From positions 9,159 through 73,158 of the forward strand of contig JAIOPO010000001.1 of NCBI GenBank assembly GCA_021413905.1: 64,000 nt of DNA. Reading direction: 5' to 3'. The stretch is from Candidatus Nomurabacteria bacterium. Its GTDB lineage: Bacteria; Patescibacteriota; Minisyncoccia; Phycocordibacterales; UBA9973. The position numbers and the translations under genes are program-made. The notes beneath the pieces were generated by a model. That model was not told the origin of the DNA, did no database searches, and saw nothing but the letters and a program-made list of their open reading frames with translations. Of the stretch, positions 58,348 to 64,000 are shown in pieces; the stretch's first letter is position 1, and the number at the start of each line of letters is the position of its first letter.

Positions 58348-58989
58348 ATGAAGACAAAAATTAATTTCTCGAACTTTTTTAAAAGTTCTTTTGTCGTATT
58401 GTTTTCTTTGATTTTGTTTAACAAAATTCAAGGAGAAATCGGTATTACCTTGGTGCAATTAAGTGTAAATTTAATTAGCACGTTTTTAGGTTTTTGGTCC
58501 TTGCTTGTGCTAATTGGCAGAATTGAACCTCCTGTTTTTTTTAAAAATACTTTAAAAAATAGTACAATAGCTATTCCTTTTATAATGTTGTGTACAGTTT
58601 GGCTTTTTTTGTGCATTCATGTGGGTTGGTTTTATGTATTCAGTAATTCGCGTGATGAGTTTTTAAATAATTGGGATTATCTAACAAAAATCTCAATTGT
58701 TTTAATTGCATTTATTATGTGGAGCTTTTTAATTTTTAACAATTGGTCATTAAGAAGTGAGTTGTTTAAAATTAAGTTTTTTAAAGCAATGTTCGCTGTA
58801 ATACCTTTTATTACTTTTTCTTCTTTAAAAGCACAAGAGGCTTATGTTGAAAAAGGTACAATAAAAGATGTGGGGAATATTTCGATCATTACTCTTCTTT
58901 TTGGTTCTCTTCTTATTTTTTGTTTTGGTATGATGCTTTTTCAAATTTTAAAAAAGGAAGACAATCAAAAAGTTTTTACAAGAAAATAA
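58348..58989 (+). CDS. hypothetical integral membrane protein
   Basis: ORF with ~5 transmembrane helices. Confidence 0.4.
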   Translation: MKTKINFSNFFKSSFVVLFSLILFNKIQGEIGITLVQLSVNLISTFLGFWSLLVLIGRIEPPVFFKNTLKNSTIAIPFIMLCTVWLFLCIHVGWFYVFSNSRDEFLNNWDYLTKISIVLIAFIMWSFLIFNNWSLRSELFKIKFFKAMFAVIPFITFSSLKAQEAYVEKGTIKDVGNISIITLLFGSLLIFCFGMMLFQILKKEDNQKVFTRK

Positions 58990-59044
58990 AGGGGATAATA
59001 ATTTCATTTTTGCCATGGCTCAATAGAGTCATGGCAATTTTATT

Positions 59045-62000
59045 TTATATTTCTTTCATATTATCAATAGCGATACTTTTTTCATCATTTCGTATTGTTA
59101 TTTTGCCGGTTAGAGCTATGCATTTTTCTACTTGTACTAATTCAGATATTTCTTTAAAAAGTTTAGGAAAAATAACAGCTTCTATTGATCCAGAAAAATC
59201 CGCAATACGGATAAATGCCATTTGTTGGTTTTTCTTTGTTGTAACATTACGTACTGTTTCAATAATGCCAGCTATTGTGACAGGGTAGCCATTGGTAAGT
59301 TGTTCTTTTATTTTTTTTATATTTATTTCTCTTTTTTCTAGTTTTTCACGAATTCTGTCGAGAGGATGTCCGGAAATATAAAGTCCTAATAATTCTTTTT
59401 CCCAAATTAGTTTTGTTTCTTTTGCAACATCTGGAGCGGGTTGTAATTTGAATATCGGCATACTGTCACCTGAAAGTCCTCCAAAAAGTGAAACCTGATT
59501 TGCGGATTGTCTTCCACTTTCTTTGTTGTATTCAAGCATATTTTCTAAATTTGCCATAAGTGTTCCACGTTCACCAAATTCGTCCAAGCTTCCTGATTTT
59601 ATCAGAGCTTCCATTGATTTTTTGTTAACATTTTTATGTTTTACCCTGTCCAAGAAATCAGAAATATTTTTAAATTTACCTTTTTTTCTTTCTTCGATAA
59701 TTGCATCACCTATATCAGAACCGAAATTTTTTATTGTATAAAGTCCAAAGCGTATAGTATTGTCATCAATACAAGTAAAGCCTTTAAAGCTTTCATTTAT
59801 ATGCGGAGGTAGAACTTTTATTTTCATATTTTCACATTCGTGTACTATCTCGGCGATTTTTTCCACATCTCCAGATTCTGCAGTTAAAATTGCAGACATG
59901 TATTCTACAGGGAAATTGGCTTTCATGTAAGCTGTTTGATATGCTACTCTACCATAACTCGCTGAATGAGCTTTGTTGAAACCATAAGCCGCAAAGGGTT
60001 CTATCTGACTCCAGAGTTCTTGAGCTTTTTTTAGTGGCCATTTACTATGTTCTACACAACCAGTGATAAATCTTTCTTTTTGTTTTTCCATTTCTTCTGG
60101 AATTTTTTTACCGACAGCTTTACGAAATTTATCGGCTTCTCCCCAAGAATATCCTGCGATATTTATGGAAATTAAAAGTAAATCGTCTTGGTAAACGAGC
60201 ACGCCGTGTGTTTGTTTTAATATTGGTTCAAGTGCTGGATCTAAATATTTTACTAAACGCGGATTATGTTTTCTTTCTATGTAGAGAGGAATGAATTGTA
60301 TTGGTCCAGGACGATAAAGGGCAACCATTGCGTTTATGTCGTGTATCGTTGTCGGTTTAAGTTGTTTTAAATAAGCTGTCATTCCTCCACCATTTAATTG
60401 AAAAAGTCCCATTGTTTCTCCTCTTGCTAGTAGTTCAAAAGTTTTTTTATCTGCAATATTTATATTTTCTATGTCGATGTCAATGTTTCTAATTTTTTTT
60501 ACAAGGTCGACAGCATCAGCTAATATGGATAAATTTCTAATTCCTAAAAAGTCGAATTTAGGCAATCCAACATCTTCAATTTGATACATGTCATATTGAG
60601 TAATAACGTCTCCTCCTTTTGGATCGTATTGTATTGGAGTAAATTCATATAAAGGTTTTGGTGCGATAACTATACCAGCTGCATGCACAGATACATGACG
60701 TACACAACCTTCCATTTTTTTTGCAAGATCTATTATCTCTTTGGTGATAGGTTCTGTTTTGTATGCTTTTGCTAGTTCTGGGACTATTTCCATTGCATGA
60801 TCTATGGTCATTGGAAAACCTTGTGAGCCCATCGGTATCATGCTGGAGATTCTGTCACCTATGGCATATTCATGGCCGAGTGCTCGAGCTACATCACGCA
60901 CAGAACCTTTTGCCATCATTGTTCCAAATGTTCCTATTTGAGCCACTCTGTCTTCTCCATATTTCTTTTTAGTATAAGCTATCATTTCATCACGTCTGTT
61001 ATCAGCGAAATCCATATCGATATCAGGCAATGATGGACGTTCTGGATTTAGAAATCTTTCGAATGGCAATTTGTAAACCAACGGATCTACATTCGTAATT
61101 CCTAAAAGATATGTGGTCAAAGATCCTGCTACCGATCCTCGAATATTTGTTAAAATTTTATTTTCACGTGCAAAACGCAACAAATCTCCAACTACAAGAA
61201 AATATGTAGCATAACCTTTTTGTTTTATAATATCTAATTCATATTCTAGTCTATCCAGATAGTCTTTGTTTTGTGGTAATTTTCTAAATTCAAAACCTGC
61301 ATAAGCAAGTTCTTTTAAAACTTCGTTTGGGTTGCGGTCATTTTCAATTTTAAATTCCGGGAAATACGCCACACCGAGTTCTATTTCATAATCTTCACAC
61401 ATATCTGCGACTATCATTGTATTGTCGACTGATTCTACTGAATCTTTGAAATATTCTTTTGCTGTTTTTTCATCTATTAAAGAAAAATCATCATCGGAAA
61501 ATTCAAATTTACTGGAATCTTTTCCATCTGTACCGGTATTTACTTGCAGTAGTGTATGGTGCGCTTTATGATCATCTTTGCAAGGATAGTGCGAGTCTTG
61601 AGTGGCAACTGTAGGTATGTTGAATTTTTTTCCTAATTCAATAATTTTACCACGTAATTCCGCATCTCTTTCGATATGTGGATGAGATTGAATTTCTAAA
61701 AAATAATTTTCCTTGCCAAAAATATCTTGATGCTCTTTTATTATGGCTTCAGCTTTTTCCATATTGCCAGCGAGTATCGCACGGGATAATTTTCCACCCA
61801 TACAACCAGACAAAGCGATTATTCCTTCACTGTATTTTTTTAATAATTCTTCATCTACGCGAGGTTTGTAATAATATCCTTCAAGATTTGCTATAGAAAC
61901 AATACGCATTAAATTTTTATAACCTTTTAGGTTTTTTGCAAGTAGTATCAAGTGGTAACGTTTGTTGTCTATGCCTGGTTCTTTGTCTGTTAGTTTTCTT

Positions 62001-62218
62001 TCAGCTACATAAACTTCACAACCGATTATTGGTTTTATTCTGGCCTTTTTGCATTCTTTGTAAAATTCTATCGTACCGTACATATTGCCATGATCAGTTA
62101 TGGCCATTGCTGGCATATTGTGTTCTTTTGCAATACGGACCATATCTTCTACTTTTGAAAGTCCGTCAAGTAGGGAATAGTGTGAATGCGTATGTAAATG
62201 TATGAAACCTTTTTTCAT
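59045..62218 (-). CDS. dnaE: DNA polymerase III alpha subunit
   Basis: PHP domain FIHLHTHSHYSLLDG, and polymerase core motifs. Confidence 0.95.
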   Translation of the reverse strand: MKKGFIHLHTHSHYSLLDGLSKVEDMVRIAKEHNMPAMAITDHGNMYGTIEFYKECKKARIKPIIGCEVYVAERKLTDKEPGIDNKRYHLILLAKNLKGYKNLMRIVSIANLEGYYYKPRVDEELLKKYSEGIIALSGCMGGKLSRAILAGNMEKAEAIIKEHQDIFGKENYFLEIQSHPHIERDAELRGKIIELGKKFNIPTVATQDSHYPCKDDHKAHHTLLQVNTGTDGKDSSKFEFSDDDFSLIDEKTAKEYFKDSVESVDNTMIVADMCEDYEIELGVAYFPEFKIENDRNPNEVLKELAYAGFEFRKLPQNKDYLDRLEYELDIIKQKGYATYFLVVGDLLRFARENKILTNIRGSVAGSLTTYLLGITNVDPLVYKLPFERFLNPERPSLPDIDMDFADNRRDEMIAYTKKKYGEDRVAQIGTFGTMMAKGSVRDVARALGHEYAIGDRISSMIPMGSQGFPMTIDHAMEIVPELAKAYKTEPITKEIIDLAKKMEGCVRHVSVHAAGIVIAPKPLYEFTPIQYDPKGGDVITQYDMYQIEDVGLPKFDFLGIRNLSILADAVDLVKKIRNIDIDIENINIADKKTFELLARGETMGLFQLNGGGMTAYLKQLKPTTIHDINAMVALYRPGPIQFIPLYIERKHNPRLVKYLDPALEPILKQTHGVLVYQDDLLLISINIAGYSWGEADKFRKAVGKKIPEEMEKQKERFITGCVEHSKWPLKKAQELWSQIEPFAAYGFNKAHSASYGRVAYQTAYMKANFPVEYMSAILTAESGDVEKIAEIVHECENMKIKVLPPHINESFKGFTCIDDNTIRFGLYTIKNFGSDIGDAIIEERKKGKFKNISDFLDRVKHKNVNKKSMEALIKSGSLDEFGERGTLMANLENMLEYNKESGRQSANQVSLFGGLSGDSMPIFKLQPAPDVAKETKLIWEKELLGLYISGHPLDRIREKLEKREINIKKIKEQLTNGYPVTIAGIIETVRNVTTKKNQQMAFIRIADFSGSIEAVIFPKLFKEISELVQVEKCIALTGKITIRNDEKSIAIDNMKEI

Positions 62219-62284
62219 TAAAGATATAATAGCATATTTTATTTAATCTTTGAAAAATAATGTTTTTCTGTTAATATAACAATA

Positions 62285-64000
62285 ATGGATTTAAAATATA
62301 TTAGAAACTTCAGTATTATCGCTCATATTGACCATGGTAAAAGCACCTTGGCTGATAGAATGCTTGAAATTACACATACTATTGAGACGCGTAAAATGAA
62401 AGATCAGGTGCTCGATAATATGGAACTTGAACGTGAGCGTGGAATAACAATTAAAATGCAACCCGTGAGAATGGAATATAAATTAGAAAATATTCCTTAT
62501 GTTTTGAATTTGATAGATACTCCTGGACACATAGATTTTTCTTATGAGGTGTCACGTGCTTTAAAAGCGGTAGAAGGATCTATCTTGCTTGTGGATTCAA
62601 CTCAAGGCGTGCAAGCACAAACATTAACTACTTTAAATATGGCTCGTGAAAGTGGTCTTAAGATAATTCCTGTTCTGTCAAAAATAGATTCACCTTTAGC
62701 TCGTGTTGAAGATGTAAAAGAAGAAGTCATGACTTTATTGGATTGTGATCCAGATGAAATACTTTTGGTTTCTGGGCGTACAGGAGAAGGCGTGGATGAA
62801 TTATTGAAGGCGGTTATAAAACGCGTCCCACCTCCTAAAGAGACTTATAAAAATCAAACAGATTTACGAGCACTTGTTTTTGATTTTAAATATTCCAATC
62901 ATCGTGGTGTGACAGTTTATGTTCGTTTACTAGACGGTGTAGTTTCTAAAGGTGAAAGTTTGATTTTCTCCGCTTCACAAGAAAAATTTATTCCTCTTGA
63001 AGTTGGTATTTTTTCTCCAGAAGAAAAAGCGTGCAGTTCTTTGTCTGTGGGAGAAATTGGATATATTGTGACTGGTATTAAACAACCTGGTATAGCAAGT
63101 GTCGGAGATACTATTACATTTTTGAAAAATCCACTAATAGCGCTTGATGGTTATGAACGTCCGCGTCCTGTGGTTTGGGCTTCTATTTTTCCAGAAGATG
63201 CAGATGATTTTGCGGATTTAAAAGCAGCTCTGGGTAAACTTCGTTTATCTGATTCTGCTTTTTCTTACGAAGAAGAGTCTTCGGGTTCTTTGGGTAGAGG
63301 TTTTCGTTGTGGATTTTTAGGTATGCTTCATTTGGAAATAATTACAGAAAGATTGAAAAGAGAATTTGATTTGGAATTAGTAATCACAACTCCATCTATT
63401 ACTTATGAAGTTTTAATGAAAAACTCTTCGGCAGACTCAGGGCAAGCTGGCAAAAGAGTAAAGGTTTATTCCCCATATTTTTTTCCAGACGACGGCAATA
63501 TTCAAACAGTATTTGAACCTTGGGTTTCTGTAAAAATAATAACACCTTCTACTTATATAGGTAATATTATGCAACTTCTTTTTGACCATGAAGCAGAAAT
63601 AGGTGAGACAGAAAATTTCGGAGATAATCGTTCTTCTTTGTCACTTAAAATGCCACTTCGTGAACTTATGCGTAATTTTTTTGATGAATTAAAAAGTGCG
63701 TCTTCGGGTTATGCTTCTATTTCTTATGAGATAGGTGAGATGCGTGAAGCAAATGTTACACGTATGGATATATTGATTGCTGATGAAGTTGTACCAGCTT
63801 TTTCAAGAGTTATTTCTAAAAGAAGAGTAGAGGAAGAAGCTGAAAATGCGGTTGAAAAATTGCACAGTGTTTTACCAAAACAAATGTTTACTACAAAAAT
63901 ACAAGGTAAAGCTCTTGGTAGAATTATTTCTTCTAGGACATTGCAGGCTTTTAAAAAAGATGTGACTCAACATATGTATGGTGGAGATATTACTCGAAAA
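62285..64000 (+). CDS. lepA: elongation factor 4 (LepA), 3' partial at the window edge
   Basis: IRNFSIIAHIDHGKSTLADRMLE, DTPGHIDF, and the LepA-specific C-terminal region. Confidence 0.9.
   Translation, partial: MDLKYIRNFSIIAHIDHGKSTLADRMLEITHTIETRKMKDQVLDNMELERERGITIKMQPVRMEYKLENIPYVLNLIDTPGHIDFSYEVSRALKAVEGSILLVDSTQGVQAQTLTTLNMARESGLKIIPVLSKIDSPLARVEDVKEEVMTLLDCDPDEILLVSGRTGEGVDELLKAVIKRVPPPKETYKNQTDLRALVFDFKYSNHRGVTVYVRLLDGVVSKGESLIFSASQEKFIPLEVGIFSPEEKACSSLSVGEIGYIVTGIKQPGIASVGDTITFLKNPLIALDGYERPRPVVWASIFPEDADDFADLKAALGKLRLSDSAFSYEEESSGSLGRGFRCGFLGMLHLEIITERLKREFDLELVITTPSITYEVLMKNSSADSGQAGKRVKVYSPYFFPDDGNIQTVFEPWVSVKIITPSTYIGNIMQLLFDHEAEIGETENFGDNRSSLSLKMPLRELMRNFFDELKSASSGYASISYEIGEMREANVTRMDILIADEVVPAFSRVISKRRVEEEAENAVEKLHSVLPKQMFTTKIQGKALGRIISSRTLQAFKKDVTQHMYGGDITRK

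Noticed and set aside
58920-59288. 122-aa ORF overlapping the end of the membrane-protein gene and the dnaE 3' end
   Set aside because: Overlaps two better-supported genes, and its sequence is low-complexity hydrophobic. Likely spurious.

Overview
AT-rich window from a reduced bacterial genome. It looks like a Candidate Phyla Radiation (Patescibacteria) lineage: the 16S rRNA has a divergent 515F site, an expansion helix and no CCUCC anti-Shine-Dalgarno tail, and several core proteins lack domains. The genetic code appears standard, since TGA is used as a stop.

Core content:
- DNA repair, replication and translation: uvrA, a short uvrC, secA, gyrA, dnaE, clpB, rpsA, infB-rbfA, rpmH, and the block fmt-def-hisS-lepB-pth, plus a partial lepA.
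- Cell wall: a murE / murC-like / ddl cluster that also holds a CphA-like ATP-grasp protein.
- RNA genes: a stand-alone 16S rRNA transcription unit, and eight tRNAs (Leu-TAG, Lys-CTT, Leu-TAA, Cys, Tyr, Ala, Asn) plus a pseudo-tRNA fragment.

Accessory and unusual content:
1. A surface locus that pairs a large extracellular protein built from a tandem array of FN3/Ig-like repeats with four small two-helix proteins. All five share the same C-terminal pilin-like module.
2. An integrative element of about 8 kb next to tRNA-Asn. A large serine recombinase overlaps the tRNA 3' end. The element carries a replication HTH protein, an excisionase-like HTH protein, a terminase-small-subunit-like protein and a cargo operon (cytoplasmic trypsin-like protease plus a protein with a HEPN-like motif). 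It may be a phage-satellite or PICI-like element.
3. An IS200/IS605-like Y1 (HUH) transposase flanked by direct copies of a double hairpin (REP-like). Further copies of the palindrome lie next to tRNA-Leu and, as a 42-bp perfect palindrome, in frame inside an IscS-like gene.
4. Two copies of a GC-rich 68-bp element with 9-bp terminal inverted repeats, both inserted in frame within uvrC.

Also present: an ArsR-like gene flanked by paired palindromic operators, an rsuA/rluB-like pseudogene, a SWIB-domain protein, and a poly-lysine mini-ORF with a terminator immediately upstream of secA.
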